NCBI GenBank assembly: GCA_963724765.1
Contig: CAVRVY010000001.1
Coordinates: 800,001 to 864,000, forward strand
Length of the DNA stretch: 64,000 bases
Reading direction: 5' to 3'
Source: an uncultured delta proteobacterium
Lineage (GTDB): Bacteria; Desulfobacterota; Binatia; Binatales; Binataceae
Numbering within the stretch: the stretch's first letter is position 1; each line of letters opens with the position of its first letter. A program made the translations under genes and the position numbers. Of this stretch, positions 16,802-27,548 are shown in pieces. The notes under the pieces were generated by a model. It had not been told where the DNA came from. It saw only the letters and a list, made by a program, of their open reading frames with translations, and ran no database searches.

Positions 16802-17200
16802 ATGTCGCAGACCGATCCCATCGCTGAGTTGCTGACCCGGATTCGTAACGCCATGCACGCGCGTTACAACCAGGTCGAAGTCCCCCATTCGCGCATGCGC
16901 GAGGCGATTTGCCGCACGCTGTCGGCCGAGGGTTTTTTGGGCGGAGTCGAAGTCGCCGGCGAAATACCCAAGAAGAAACTGGTCGTGGGCCTGCGCTACT
17001 CGGGCGAGCGCGAGCCGGTTATCCGGGGAATCGAACGCGTCAGCCGTCCAAGCCTGCGGCGCTACGCGGGCGCCAATTCGATGCCGCGTGTGCCGCACGG
17101 GATGGGCGTGCAGGTGGTGACGACGCCGCTTGGCGTGATGACCGATCGCGAGGCGCGGCGCAAAAAGGTCGGCGGCGAAGTCCTGCTGAGGATTTGGTAG
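16802..17200 (+). CDS. rpsH: 30S ribosomal protein S8
   Basis: DPIAELLTRIRNA, SRPSLRRY, GGEVL. Confidence 0.98.
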   Translation: MSQTDPIAELLTRIRNAMHARYNQVEVPHSRMREAICRTLSAEGFLGGVEVAGEIPKKKLVVGLRYSGEREPVIRGIERVSRPSLRRYAGANSMPRVPHGMGVQVVTTPLGVMTDREARRKKVGGEVLLRIW

Positions 17201-17214
17201 GGGAGAATGGGCCG

Positions 17215-17766
17215 ATGTCGCGCATAGGTAGATTGCCGGTGCCCTTGGAAAAAGGCGTGAAGGCCCAACTCGCGGGCGACATGCTCAAGGTCGAGGGTCC
17301 CAAGGGCAAGCTGGAGCTCAAGATACCCGAGGGCTTCGCCCTGGAGATGAGCGACTCGCGGATCGAGGTGAAACGCTCGGGCGATACGCAGCAGGAGCGC
17401 TCATTGCACGGCCTGGTGCGCAAACTCGTCGCCAACATGGCCGAAGGCGTGGGCAAGGGATTCACTCGCGTGCTCGAGATTAACGGCGTCGGCTACCGGG
17501 CCGAGGTCCGCGGCAACAATATTCATTTCACCCTGGGTTACTCGCATCCGATCGTCTACCAGTTGCCGCCCGGCGTGACGGCCAAGGTCGATCGTCAGGT
17601 GACGATCACGCTGGAGAGCGCGGACCGCCAGTTGATTGGATCGGTGGCGGCGCAGGTGCGCGAACTCAGGCCGCCCGAGCCGTACAAGGGCAAGGGTATC
17701 AAGTACGCAACCGAAAAGATTCGCCGCAAGGCCGGCAAAGCGGCGGCCGGAGCGGCGGCGGGCTAG
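17215..17766 (+). CDS. rplF: 50S ribosomal protein L6
   Basis: [21 protein letters not shown]; start reassigned to ATG 17215. Confidence 0.98.
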   Translation: MSRIGRLPVPLEKGVKAQLAGDMLKVEGPKGKLELKIPEGFALEMSDSRIEVKRSGDTQQERSLHGLVRKLVANMAEGVGKGFTRVLEINGVGYRAEVRGNNIHFTLGYSHPIVYQLPPGVTAKVDRQVTITLESADRQLIGSVAAQVRELRPPEPYKGKGIKYATEKIRRKAGKAAAGAAAG

Positions 17767-17786
17767 CGTCGCGGGAGCGGATCAAG

Positions 17787-18149
17787 ATGGCTGCGGAACG
17801 ATTTGCAAAACGGATGGAGCGGCGCCGGCGCGTGCGGCGCCGGGTCAGGGGCAGCGACGAGCGGCCGCGGCTCTCGGTCTACCGTTCGCTCAACCATATT
17901 TACGCGCAGGTGGTGTCCGACGATTCGGGACAAACGCTGGTGGCGGCCTCGACGCTCAGCGCGGAGTTGCGCGAGGGGCTCAAGAGCCGGCACAACGTGC
18001 AGGCTGCCAAGGTGGTCGGCAAGACGATCGCCGAGCGCTGTCTCAGCAAGGGAATCAGCCAGGTCATCTTCGACCGCAACGGATTTCTCTATCATGGCCG
18101 CGTCAAGGCGCTGGCCGACGCGGCGCGCGAGGCGGGACTGAAGTTTTAA
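17787..18149 (+). CDS. rplR: 50S ribosomal protein L18
   Basis: [29 protein letters not shown]. Confidence 0.98.
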   Translation: MAAERFAKRMERRRRVRRRVRGSDERPRLSVYRSLNHIYAQVVSDDSGQTLVAASTLSAELREGLKSRHNVQAAKVVGKTIAERCLSKGISQVIFDRNGFLYHGRVKALADAAREAGLKF

Positions 18150-18181
18150 GGGCGCAAGCCTTTTCGCAAAACGGGAGCATC

Positions 18182-18688
18182 GTGGCACAGCGGATAGAAA
18201 CGCAAGGGCTCGACATCAAAGAAAAGGTCGTCCACATCAACCGGGTGGCCAAGGTCGTCAAGGGCGGCCGGCGCTTCAGCTTTAGCGCGCTGGTGGTGGC
18301 CGGCGATCAGAACGGCCTGGTCGGCTTTGGTTTGGGCAAAGCCAACGAAGTGCCCGAGGCGATTCGCAAGGGCGTCGAGCGGGCCAAGAAGAGCCTGATG
18401 CGGGTGCCGCTGCAGGAGGGGACGATTCCGCACGAGGTGCTCGGGCGCTTCGGCGCGGGCAAGGTGATTCTCAAGCCGGCCTCGGAAGGCACCGGGGTTA
18501 TCGCGGCGGGCGGCGTGCGCGCGGTGGTCGAACTGGCGGGTATCCGCAATATCCTGACCAAGCGGCTGGGTTCGTCCAATCCGCACAACCTGGTGAAGGC
18601 CACGCTGGAGGCGCTCGCCGAGCTGCGCAGCCCCCGGGATATCTTGCGTACGCGCGAGCACGGCCCCAAGCGTCCGGCCGCGGCCTGA
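18182..18688 (+). CDS. rpsE: 30S ribosomal protein S5
   Basis: GTG start after GGGAG; [26 protein letters not shown]. Confidence 0.98.
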   Translation: MAQRIETQGLDIKEKVVHINRVAKVVKGGRRFSFSALVVAGDQNGLVGFGLGKANEVPEAIRKGVERAKKSLMRVPLQEGTIPHEVLGRFGAGKVILKPASEGTGVIAAGGVRAVVELAGIRNILTKRLGSSNPHNLVKATLEALAELRSPRDILRTREHGPKRPAAA

Positions 18689-18786
18689 GGCGGGTTGCGG
18701 GAAGTTCTGAGCGAAGGGGACGTTCGAGCGAAGAAAGTTTGACGGGTCAGGCTGAAGGAAGGTCGAGCTAAGGAGAAACGCACGCG

Positions 18787-18969
18787 ATGTCGCAATCGAT
18801 CAGAATCAAGCTGGTGCGGAGCCCCATCGGGACCAACCAGCGCGTGCGCCAGACGCTTAAGGGACTGGGGCTTCGTCGCGTGGGCAGCGAGAGCGAGCTC
18901 GTGCGCAGCCCGTCAGTCGATGGCATGTTGCTTAAGGTGTTACACCTGGTTGCCGAAGTGAAGAAGTAA
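18787..18969 (+). CDS. rpmD: 50S ribosomal protein L30
   Basis: [21 protein letters not shown]; operon position. Confidence 0.96.
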   Translation: MSQSIRIKLVRSPIGTNQRVRQTLKGLGLRRVGSESELVRSPSVDGMLLKVLHLVAEVKK

Positions 18970-19448
18970 TGGCTGTGGATTTACATACGCTCAAACCGGC
19001 CCCGGGCTCAAAGCGCCGCCACGCGCGGGTGGGCCGCGGAATCGGCTCCGGCAGCGGCAAGACCGCGGGACGCGGCCACAAGGGCAAGGGCTCGCGCTCG
19101 GGCGGCAATACGCCGCCGGGCTACGAGGGCGGCCAGATGCCGCTCAAGCGGCGAGTGCCCAAGCGCGGATTTCGCCGCCTGCAGAAGGCCGAAGACCGGC
19201 GTGAAGGATTCGTAGTGGTCAACCTCAAGCGGCTGGCCGCGTTGGGCGTCGAGACAGTCGATCCGGCGCTGATGGCCGAGCGCGGGATAATCCGCGCTGC
19301 GGACAAGGTCAAGGTGCTCGGCGATGGGGCGCTGGCGGGACGGATAACCATCCGCGCCCATGCGTTTTCGTCGAGTGCGAAAGAGAAGATCGCGGCTGCC
19401 GGAGGAGTGGCGGAGTTAATCGAGGATAACCCAAAGCTTAATGCTTGA
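18969..19448 (+). CDS. rplO: 50S ribosomal protein L15
   Basis: GRGIGSGSGKTAGRGHKG, EGGQMPL..RVPKRGF. Confidence 0.98.
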   Translation: MAVDLHTLKPAPGSKRRHARVGRGIGSGSGKTAGRGHKGKGSRSGGNTPPGYEGGQMPLKRRVPKRGFRRLQKAEDRREGFVVVNLKRLAALGVETVDPALMAERGIIRAADKVKVLGDGALAGRITIRAHAFSSSAKEKIAAAGGVAELIEDNPKLNA

Positions 19449-20748
19449 CGGGTTCTCAAACGCCTCGCGCATCCCCGAGTTGCGCCGCCGCCTGTGGTTT
19501 ACGGCCATGATGCTGGTCGTGTACCGCGCCGGCGTAGCCGTGCCCACACCGGGCATCGATGGGCAGGCGCTCGCCTCGTTCTTTGACGCGGCTTCGAGCA
19601 CGCTGTTCGGCTGGGTCAATCTGTTCTCGGGCGGCGCGCTGGAGCGGTTTTCAGTCTTCGCACTTGGCATCATGCCCTATATCTCGGTCGCGATCATTTT
19701 GGACCTGCTCAAGGTTGCATGGCCCTACCTCGACGAACTGTACAAGGAAGGCGAGGCGGGGCGGCGCAAGATCAGTCAGTACACGCGTTACGGGACGGTC
19801 GCGCTGTCGGTGGTGCAGGGCTTCATGATCGCCGTCTCGCTCGAACATATCCAGGCGCCGGGCGGCGGCTCGGTGGTCTACGCTCCGGGCTGGAGCTTCC
19901 GCATCCTCACCGTGCTCACGGTCACCGCGGGCTCGATGTTCGTGATGTGGATCGGCGAGCAGATAACCGAGCGCGGGATAGGCAACGGCATTTCGCTGAT
20001 CATCATGGCCGGGATCGTCGCGCGCCTGCCGAGCGCGCTTTCGACCACGTTTCAGTTCGTGCGCGAGGGCGAGATGAGCCTGTTCGTGCTGATCCTGATC
20101 CTGCTGATCGTGGTCGGGGTCACCGGTTTCATCGTCTACGTGGAGACCGGCCAGCGCCGGATTCCGATTCAGTACGCGCGGCGCGTGGTCGGACGGCGGG
20201 TCTATGGCGGCCAGAGCTCGCACTTGCCGCTCAAGATCAATACCGCCGGGGTCATCCCGCCGATCTTCGCCTCTTCGATCCTGGTCTTTCCGGCCACCGT
20301 GGCGACCTTCCTCCCGGCGGCCAAGAATTACTCGTCGCTGCTCACTCCGGGCGGATGGGTTTACAACGTCGTGTACGTCGCCCTGATCGTCTTTTTCTGC
20401 TACTTCTACACGGCCGTCACTTTCAATCCGGTAGACGTCGCCGACAATCTCAAAAAGTACGGCGGCTTCATCCCGGGCATCCGGCCGGGACGCTTCACCG
20501 CCGAATACATCGATCGGGTGCTGTCGCGGATAACCCTGTTCGGCGCGATCTACGTCAGCATCATATGCGTCCTGCCGACGCTGCTGATCCAGCGCTTTAA
20601 CGTGCCCTTCTACTTCGGCGGCACCGCACTGCTGATCGTGGTCGGCGTGGCGCTCGACACGATCGCTCAGATGGAAACCCATCTGCTGACCCGCAACTAC
20701 GAAGGCTTCATGCGGCGCGGCCGGGTCAAGTCGCGCAGGGGAGGGTAG
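19441..20748 (+). CDS. secY: Preprotein translocase subunit SecY
   Basis: FALGIMPYI, GIGNGISL, AGVIPPIFA, FIPGIRPG, GGTALLIVVGV. Confidence 0.99.
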   Translation: MLDGFSNASRIPELRRRLWFTAMMLVVYRAGVAVPTPGIDGQALASFFDAASSTLFGWVNLFSGGALERFSVFALGIMPYISVAIILDLLKVAWPYLDELYKEGEAGRRKISQYTRYGTVALSVVQGFMIAVSLEHIQAPGGGSVVYAPGWSFRILTVLTVTAGSMFVMWIGEQITERGIGNGISLIIMAGIVARLPSALSTTFQFVREGEMSLFVLILILLIVVGVTGFIVYVETGQRRIPIQYARRVVGRRVYGGQSSHLPLKINTAGVIPPIFASSILVFPATVATFLPAAKNYSSLLTPGGWVYNVVYVALIVFFCYFYTAVTFNPVDVADNLKKYGGFIPGIRPGRFTAEYIDRVLSRITLFGAIYVSIICVLPTLLIQRFNVPFYFGGTALLIVVGVALDTIAQMETHLLTRNYEGFMRRGRVKSRRGG

Positions 20749-20754
20749 GCGCAA

Positions 20755-21432
20755 GTGCGGCTGGTTTTGCTGGGCCCGCCCGGAGCGGGCAAGGGCACGC
20801 AGGCAAGGATGCTTGAGAAGCGTCTGAACGCGCCTCAAGTGGCGAGCGGCGACCTCTTGCGCACGGCCGTGCGTAACCGCACCGCGCTGGGCGTGGAGGC
20901 CAAGCGCTACATGGACAAGGGTGCGCTGGTGCCCGACGAACTGGTGCTAAAGCTCATCGAAGAACGGCTGAACCGGCCCGATGCCGCGACCGGCTTTATC
21001 CTGGACGGTTTCCCGCGCACTGCGGCGCAGGCCGAGACGCTGACCGCGATACTCAAGGAGAACGGAGCCCGGCAGCTCGACAAGGTGGTGGCCATAATTG
21101 TGCCGGATGACGAAATCGTTAAGCGCATCTCCGGGCGGCGCACCTGCAAGAATTGCGGAGCGATGTATCATCTGATTTACGATCCGCCGCGCAATCACAA
21201 TCTGTGCAATAGCTGCAACGGCGAACTTTATCAGCGCGACGACGACGCCGAGGATACCGTGCGGATGCGCCTGGACGTTTACGCGGCGACGATGAGGCCG
21301 TTGCTGGAATATTACGAACGCGCGGGATTGCTGGCGCAGATCGACGGGATCGGGCGGCCTGAGGAAATTCAGCAACGGATCGTCAATGCGCTGGGCGACA
21401 AGGGCGTGGCGGCCAAGGGTAAACCAGCGTGA
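20755..21432 (+). CDS. adk: Adenylate kinase (Zn-lid type)
   Basis: GPPGAGKGTQA, LDGFPRT, CKNC...CNSC lid. Confidence 0.98.
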   Translation: MRLVLLGPPGAGKGTQARMLEKRLNAPQVASGDLLRTAVRNRTALGVEAKRYMDKGALVPDELVLKLIEERLNRPDAATGFILDGFPRTAAQAETLTAILKENGARQLDKVVAIIVPDDEIVKRISGRRTCKNCGAMYHLIYDPPRNHNLCNSCNGELYQRDDDAEDTVRMRLDVYAATMRPLLEYYERAGLLAQIDGIGRPEEIQQRIVNALGDKGVAAKGKPA

Positions 21433-22199
21433 TCCTGCTTAAGAATCCCGAAGAGATCGCGCTGATGCACAAGGCGAGCATGATCGTGGCCGAAATCCTC
21501 GAAGAGCTGGCGGCCGCGGTGAAGCCCGGCGTCACCACCGGGGATCTCGACCGGCTCGCCGAAGATCTGACCTATCGCAAAGGCGCGCGGCCGGCGTTCA
21601 AGGGATACAAACCGCACGATGTGGCTTATCCCAAGACGCTGTGCGTATCGGTCAACGACGAGATCGTCCATGGCATTCCGTCAGGGCGGCGTCTCAAGCC
21701 GGGCGACATCGTGGGGCTGGACTTCGGCGTGGTCTACCAGGGCTTCTTCGGCGACGCGGCGCGCACCGTGCCGGTGGGCAAAATCTCGGACCGCGCCGAA
21801 CTTTTGTTGCGCGTCACGCGCGCGGCGCTCTACGCGGGAATCGAGCAGGCGCGGGTCGGTAACCGGATAAGCGATATCGCCGGTGCGGTGCAGCAGACCG
21901 CCGAGGGTGCAGGCTTCTCGGTGGTGACCGACTTTGCCGGGCACGGTATCGGGCGCAGCCTGCACGAGGATCCGCAAGTGCCCAACTACGTGCGGCGCGG
22001 GATGCCGAATCCGCGCTTGCAGGAAGGGATGGCGCTTGCAATCGAGCCGATGATCAACGAAGGAGTGCCCGAACTGCGCATCCTCGACGACGGCTGGACG
22101 GCGGTGACCGCCGACGGCAAACTGTCGGCGCATTTCGAGCACTCGATTGCGATTACGGCCCGCGGGCCGCGAATTTTGAGCGAAATGGCAAATGTCTAA
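21429..22199 (+). CDS. map: Methionine aminopeptidase type I
   Basis: [34 protein letters not shown]. Confidence 0.98.
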   Translation: MILLKNPEEIALMHKASMIVAEILEELAAAVKPGVTTGDLDRLAEDLTYRKGARPAFKGYKPHDVAYPKTLCVSVNDEIVHGIPSGRRLKPGDIVGLDFGVVYQGFFGDAARTVPVGKISDRAELLLRVTRAALYAGIEQARVGNRISDIAGAVQQTAEGAGFSVVTDFAGHGIGRSLHEDPQVPNYVRRGMPNPRLQEGMALAIEPMINEGVPELRILDDGWTAVTADGKLSAHFEHSIAITARGPRILSEMANV

Positions 22200-22410
22200 G
22201 GGAGACTCAATCGAGGTACAAGGTACCGTACTTGAAGCGCTCCCCAACGCGATGTTCCGGGTGTCGCTGGAAAATGGACATCGGGTGCTGGCGCATATTT
22301 CGGGCAAGATGCGGATGCATTACATCAAAATCCTGCCGGGCGATCGGGTCACGGTGGAATTGTCGCCGTACGATCTGACTCGCGGGCGGATAACTTACCG
22401 GATGCGCTGA
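22192..22410 (+). CDS. infA: Translation initiation factor IF-1
   Basis: [27 protein letters not shown]. Confidence 0.99.
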   Translation: MSKGDSIEVQGTVLEALPNAMFRVSLENGHRVLAHISGKMRMHYIKILPGDRVTVELSPYDLTRGRITYRMR

Positions 22411-22439
22411 GGCGCTCGGGCAGCCCCAGGGTACGACCG

Positions 22440-22467
22440 GCAAGATACGATTAGCAAGATACGATTA
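22440..22467 (+). repeat. Perfect 14-bp tandem duplication
   Basis: GCAAGATACGATTA x2 between infA and rpmJ. Confidence 0.85.
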
Positions 22468-22528
22468 GATTAGAGAACAGGCAGATCAGGAAACAGAACA
22501 CGACCGCACGCGAAGCGGACAGAATACG

Positions 22529-22645
22529 ATGAAAGTCAGGGCGTCAGTTAAAAAAATCTGCAAGAATTGCAAGGTTGTGCGCCGCCAGGGCGTGGTGCGC
22601 ATCCTGTGTTCCTCCAACCCGCGTCACAAGCAACGCCAGGGCTGA
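22529..22645 (+). CDS. rpmJ: 50S ribosomal protein L36 (not in ORF track)
   Basis: Manual translation [38 protein letters not shown]. Confidence 0.98.
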   Translation: MKVRASVKKICKNCKVVRRQGVVRILCSSNPRHKQRQG

Positions 22646-22711
22646 ACCAAGACAGCCAGGACCGGCAAGATATGAAAGACGGGGAAGACAGGGAATAAGG
22701 AGAGTCGCCGC

Positions 22712-23095
22712 ATGGCACGCATCGCCGGAGTCGAACTGCCGCATCACAAGCGGATGGAAATCGCACTGACCTACATTTATGGAATCGGCCGCGGCGCGGC
22801 ACAGCAGATCCTCGCCGAAGCCAAGGTCGATCCGGCGCGCAACAGCGACGATCTGGGCGCCGACGAACAGGTTCGCATCCGCAACGTTATCGACGAAAAG
22901 TTCAAGGTCGAAGGCGATCTGCGGCGCGAGGTGCAGCAGTCGATCAAACGGCTGATGGACCTCGGATGCTACCGCGGCATCCGCCATCGCCGCGGACTGC
23001 CGGTGCGCGGCCAGCGCACGCATACCAACGCACGTACGCGCAAGGGACCGCGCAAGGTCGTCGCGGGCAAGAAGCAGTCGCCGCCCAAGGGTTAG
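22712..23095 (+). CDS. rpsM: 30S ribosomal protein S13
   Basis: [32 protein letters not shown]. Confidence 0.99.
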   Translation: MARIAGVELPHHKRMEIALTYIYGIGRGAAQQILAEAKVDPARNSDDLGADEQVRIRNVIDEKFKVEGDLRREVQQSIKRLMDLGCYRGIRHRRGLPVRGQRTHTNARTRKGPRKVVAGKKQSPPKG

Positions 23096-23195
23096 AGGCG
23101 GCTTGAGCGTGGCGCGGAAACTATCGATTGGAAATTATCGCGGAGTCTATCGGCCTGAAATTACCGGCTGAAGTGCAGGAGAGAACGCAAGCCTA

Positions 23196-23693
23196 ATGGC
23201 TGACGAGAACAAGGAAACGAAGCCCGCGACGGGCAAAGCGCAGGATGGCCAGAGCGGCGGTGAGAAATCCGCAGCCGGTGCGTCCGCGGCCGCTGCCGGA
23301 GCGGCCACGGCGGCGCCCGCACCGCGGCGTCGGCGCGTGCGGCGCACGGTGCCCGAGGGTATCGCGCACGTGCATGCGACTTTCAACAACACGATCGTCA
23401 CCATCACGGACCAGCAGGGCCTGGTGGTGGCGTGGGCGAGCGCCGGATCGGTCGGCTTCAAGGGCTCGCGCAAGGGCACGCCGTTCGCCGCGCAGATGGC
23501 CGCGGAAGCGGCGGCGCGCAAGGTTAGCGACGTTGGGATGCGAGCGGTGGTGGTGTACGTCAAGGGTCCGGGCGGCGGGCGCGAATCGGCGGTGCGCGCG
23601 CTGCAGGCGGCGGGGCTTTCGGTCATTTCGATCAAGGACGTAACGCCAATCCCGCACAACGGATGCCGGCCGCCCAAGCGGCGCCGCGTTTAG
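23196..23693 (+). CDS. rpsK: 30S ribosomal protein S11 (long N-terminal extension)
   Basis: [43 protein letters not shown]. Confidence 0.98.
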   Translation: MADENKETKPATGKAQDGQSGGEKSAAGASAAAAGAATAAPAPRRRRVRRTVPEGIAHVHATFNNTIVTITDQQGLVVAWASAGSVGFKGSRKGTPFAAQMAAEAAARKVSDVGMRAVVVYVKGPGGGRESAVRALQAAGLSVISIKDVTPIPHNGCRPPKRRRV

Positions 23694-23707
23694 GGGAGCA
23701 GAACAAG

Positions 23708-24334
23708 GTGGCAAGGTATTTAGGACCGGTATGCCGGTTGTGCCGGCGCGAAGGGCTCAAGCTCTTCCTCAAGGGCGAGCGCTGCTATACGGACAAGTGC
23801 GCGATCGAACGGCGCAACTATCCGCCCGGCGCGCACGGACAGGCCCGCACGCGCTTTTCAGAGTTTGCGATTCGCCTGCGCGAGAAGCAGAAGGTCAGGC
23901 GAATTTATGGTCTAATGGAGACGCAGTTCAAGCACTACTTCGAGATGGCGGAGCGGATGCCCGGGATCACGGGCGAGAACTTGCTGGTGCTGCTCGAGCG
24001 CCGGCTCGACAGCATGGTCTATCGGCTCGGCTTCGCCAGTTCGCTTGCCCAGGCGCGCCAGATCGTGCGCCACGGCCATATCGAAGTCGACAACAAACCG
24101 GTGACCGTGCCCTCTTACCTGCTTGACGTGGGCGAGGTGGTGAGCGTGGCCGGTCGCAGCCGCACCAAGAAGGTGATCGTCGAGGCGATCGAGATGTCAC
24201 AGCGCCGTGGCGCGCCGTCATGGATCGCGCTGGAGCGCGATCAGTTTCGCGGCTCGATGCGAGCGCTGCCGGCGCGCGCCGACCTGACGATGCCGGTCAG
24301 CGAAAAGCTGATCGTCGAGCATTACTCGCGCTGA
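23708..24334 (+). CDS. rpsD: 30S ribosomal protein S4 (Zn-binding type)
   Basis: GTG start MARYLGPVCRLCRREG, LERRLD, ARQIVRHGHI. Confidence 0.98.
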   Translation: MARYLGPVCRLCRREGLKLFLKGERCYTDKCAIERRNYPPGAHGQARTRFSEFAIRLREKQKVRRIYGLMETQFKHYFEMAERMPGITGENLLVLLERRLDSMVYRLGFASSLAQARQIVRHGHIEVDNKPVTVPSYLLDVGEVVSVAGRSRTKKVIVEAIEMSQRRGAPSWIALERDQFRGSMRALPARADLTMPVSEKLIVEHYSR

Positions 24335-24404
24335 GGCTGAACGACAGGGGCGAGGTGCGGGGCGAGGTGGGGGCGAAAAAACTTCCGGAGAAGAGCGATC
24401 GGAT

Positions 24405-25430
24405 ATGCACAATGATTGGCGCGATTTAATTAAGCCCAAGGCTGTCGAGTTCGACGAAAAAGAACTAACTCCAACCTATGGACGGTTCTTCGCCGAACCG
24501 CTGGAGCGTGGCTACGGCATCACGATCGGCAATGGTCTGCGCCGTATCCTGCTGTCTTCGCTGCCCGGCTTTGCGATCACGGCAGTGCGGATGAAAAGCG
24601 TGCTGCACGAGTTTTCCACCATGCCCGGCGTCAAAGAGGACGTGACTGACGTTGTCCTCAACTTGAAGGAGGTGCGCCTGCGCCTCCACGAGGGCGAGCA
24701 TCTGACCGCTACGCTCAAGGCGCGCGGCGAGGACACGGTGACCGCGCGCGACATCACCGGCGGGCCCAGCCTCGAGGTGCTCACTCCCGACCAGCACATC
24801 GCGACGCTCGAGAAGGGCGCCGAACTGGAGATGGAACTGGTGATCCGGCGCGGGCGCGGCTATGCGCCGGCTGAGCGCACCGAGGACGAGGAGCCGATCG
24901 GCACCATTCGGCTCGACGCCGTCTACTCGCCGATCAAGAAGGTCAACTTCACCGTAACCAACGCGCGTGTCGGCCAGCGTACCGACTACGACCGCCTGGC
25001 GCTGGAAATCTGGACCGACGGCTCGATCTCGCCGCGGGACGCGCTGACCTATGCGGCGCGCGTGGCGCGCGACCAGATGACGATCTTCGCCGGCGTCGAA
25101 GAAGAGGCCGAGACTCCGATCGCGATCGAGAACGGCGAGCAGCGTCCGCTGCTCAACGAGTATCTCTACCGTCCGGTCGAGGGGCTGCCGATTTCGGTGC
25201 GCGCTTTCAACGGGCTGCAGAACGCCGACATCAAGTACATCGGGGAGCTGGTCCAGCGTACCGAGCAGGACATGCTCAAAATCAAAAACTTCGGCCGCAA
25301 GTCGCTCAACGAGATCAAAGAGGTCCTCACCGACATGGGCCTCTCGCTCGGGATGCGCCTGGACAACCTGCCGCCGCGCAACGAGCTCGACCGCATGTGG
25401 GCCGAGCAGGAGCGGCGCGAGTCGCCCTGA
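24405..25430 (+). CDS. rpoA: RNA polymerase alpha subunit
   Basis: [42 protein letters not shown]. Confidence 0.99.
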   Translation: MHNDWRDLIKPKAVEFDEKELTPTYGRFFAEPLERGYGITIGNGLRRILLSSLPGFAITAVRMKSVLHEFSTMPGVKEDVTDVVLNLKEVRLRLHEGEHLTATLKARGEDTVTARDITGGPSLEVLTPDQHIATLEKGAELEMELVIRRGRGYAPAERTEDEEPIGTIRLDAVYSPIKKVNFTVTNARVGQRTDYDRLALEIWTDGSISPRDALTYAARVARDQMTIFAGVEEEAETPIAIENGEQRPLLNEYLYRPVEGLPISVRAFNGLQNADIKYIGELVQRTEQDMLKIKNFGRKSLNEIKEVLTDMGLSLGMRLDNLPPRNELDRMWAEQERRESP

Positions 25431-25463
25431 GCGCGGCGCGGCGTACCGCGGGAGCCACTATCG

Positions 25464-25910
25464 ATGCGTCACCTTAACTCGGGCCGCAAGCTCAATCGCA
25501 CCTCGGCCCATCGCAAAGCCCTGATGCGCAACCTGGTTTTGAGCCTTATCCAGTATGGCCGGCTCAAGACCACCGACGCCAAGGCCAAAGAGCTGCGGCG
25601 CTGGGCCGACCGGATGGTGACGCTGGGCAAGCGCGGCGACCTCGCCGCGCATCGGCGCGCCTACGCCTTCCTGGGATCTCACGGCGCGGTCAAGAAGCTG
25701 TTCGACGAGATCGCACCGCGCTTCAAGGAGCGTCCGGGCGGCTACACCCGGGTCATCAAGTACGGTGTGCGCCGCGGCGACGCCGCACCGATCTCGGTGA
25801 TCGAGTTTACCGGCGCCTCCGAGACCGCCGCGCCACGCAAGAAGCGGCGCAAAACGGAGACGCGCGAGCATCAGCACGGCGAGCGCCGCGCCGCGGCTGC
25901 CGCCGGTTAG
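25464..25910 (+). CDS. rplQ: 50S ribosomal protein L17
   Basis: MRH...[24 protein letters not shown]. Confidence 0.98.
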   Translation: MRHLNSGRKLNRTSAHRKALMRNLVLSLIQYGRLKTTDAKAKELRRWADRMVTLGKRGDLAAHRRAYAFLGSHGAVKKLFDEIAPRFKERPGGYTRVIKYGVRRGDAAPISVIEFTGASETAAPRKKRRKTETREHQHGERRAAAAAG

Positions 25911-25939
25911 AATCTCTCGCGAACATCCCTTGCGGCTGG

Positions 25940-25977
25940 GAAACAGCGGCGGGCCTGTCCGGCTTCGCCGCTGTTTC
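25940..25977 (+). terminator. Hairpin after alpha operon
   Basis: GAAACAGCGGCG...CGCCGCTGTTTC perfect 12-bp inverted repeat; weak U-tract. Confidence 0.5.
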
Positions 25978-26066
25978 GTGCTGAGCCCGCGAGCGCCGTT
26001 CTGGACTTGTCCGCGCTCTGATAAACTTGATCGTACATCGCGATCGTACATCGGTGGAGTGCGTTA

Positions 26067-27515
26067 ATGGCCAACGAATTGATTCAGCCAGACAAGTTTT
26101 TCCTGAGCCGCTTCGGGATGACCGAGGGTGCGCTCGAACGAACCCTGGGCGCCGCGCTGGAGCGCAAGGCGGATTACGCCGATCTCTACTTCGAGTACCG
26201 AAGCGCCGAGGGGCTCAGCCTCGAGGACTCGATCGTCAACCGGACCAGCAAGAGCCTGAGCCACGGCGTCGGCGTGCGCGTGTGCGCCGAAGACCGCACC
26301 GGCTACGCCTACTCCGACGAGGTCACGATCGACCGGATGCGGCTGGCGGCCGAGGCCGCCCGTGCGATAGCGCATAGCGGCGGCGACGCGCCTGCGGCGG
26401 TGCAGGTCGGCCGCCCGGTCCCGCGCCACGCGCTGTACGAGCTTGAGAGCACACCGCTGGAAGTGCCGCTGGAGGAGCGCGCAAAGCTGCTTAACGAAAT
26501 CGATCGCGTCGCGCGCGAGTTCGACCCGCGAGTCAAAACCGTGATGGCGTCGTTCGCGGCCGAGCGCAAAATCATCATGGTGGTCAACAGCGAAGGGCGA
26601 ATCGCGGCTGACGTGCAGCCGCTTTGCCGCCTCAACGTGATGGTCATCGCCGAGGACGACAAGGGCCGCCAGTCGGGCAGTTCAGGCGGCGGCGGACGCG
26701 TGGAGTGGAGCTTTTTCTTCGAGGGCGAGCGATGGCGTGAGCACGCGCTCACGGCGGCACGCCAAGCAATCACCAACCTCGACGCGGTCGACGCGCCGGC
26801 CGGCGAGATGATGGTGGTGCTGGGGCCGGGATGGCCGGGAATCCTGCTGCACGAGGCGATCGGTCACGGGCTGGAGGGCGACTTCAATCGCAAGCGCACT
26901 TCCGCTTTCTCCGGGCGTATCGGCGAGCGCGTCGCGAGCGAATTCTGCACGGTGGTCGACGACGGCACGATCCCCAACCGCCGCGGCAGCCTCAATATCG
27001 ACGACGAGGGCACGCCGACTTCGCGCACCGTGCTGATCGAAAAGGGCATCCTGCGCGGCTATCTGCAGGACCGCCTCAACGCGCGGTTGATGAAAATGGA
27101 ACCGACCGGGAACGGGCGCCGCGAGAGCTTCGCGCACAGCCCGATGCCGCGCATGACCAATACTTTCATGCTGCCTGGCGAAGCCACCCCGGAGGAAATT
27201 ATCGGCTCGGTACGCAACGGGCTCTATGCAGTTAACTTCGGCGGCGGCCAGGTCGACATCACCAACGGCAAGTTCGTTTTTTCGGCCTCCGAGGCCTACC
27301 TGATCGAGGACGGCAAGGTGACTCGTCCGGTCAAGGGCGCGACGCTCATCGGCAACGGCCCCGACGTGCTCACTCGCGTCACGATGGTGGGCAACGACCT
27401 CGAACTTGACGCGGGCGTCGGCACGTGCGGCAAGGATGGCCAATCGGTGCCGGTGGGCGTGGGGTTGCCGACGATTCGAATCGACGCAATCACGGTCGGC
27501 GGCACGCGCTCCTGA
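26067..27515 (+). CDS. tldD: Metalloprotease TldD
   Basis: LLHEAIGHGLEGDFNRK (HExxxH), PMPRMTNT, GTCGKDGQSVPVGVG. Confidence 0.97.
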   Translation: MANELIQPDKFFLSRFGMTEGALERTLGAALERKADYADLYFEYRSAEGLSLEDSIVNRTSKSLSHGVGVRVCAEDRTGYAYSDEVTIDRMRLAAEAARAIAHSGGDAPAAVQVGRPVPRHALYELESTPLEVPLEERAKLLNEIDRVAREFDPRVKTVMASFAAERKIIMVVNSEGRIAADVQPLCRLNVMVIAEDDKGRQSGSSGGGGRVEWSFFFEGERWREHALTAARQAITNLDAVDAPAGEMMVVLGPGWPGILLHEAIGHGLEGDFNRKRTSAFSGRIGERVASEFCTVVDDGTIPNRRGSLNIDDEGTPTSRTVLIEKGILRGYLQDRLNARLMKMEPTGNGRRESFAHSPMPRMTNTFMLPGEATPEEIIGSVRNGLYAVNFGGGQVDITNGKFVFSASEAYLIEDGKVTRPVKGATLIGNGPDVLTRVTMVGNDLELDAGVGTCGKDGQSVPVGVGLPTIRIDAITVGGTRS

Positions 27516-27548
27516 CGCGGGCCTATCGCAGCCGGAGAAAAATCGCAG

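Noticed and set aside
15448-24334. Zn-binding forms of L24, S14, L36, S4 and Adk as a novelty
   Set aside because: These Cys-containing forms are common and well described
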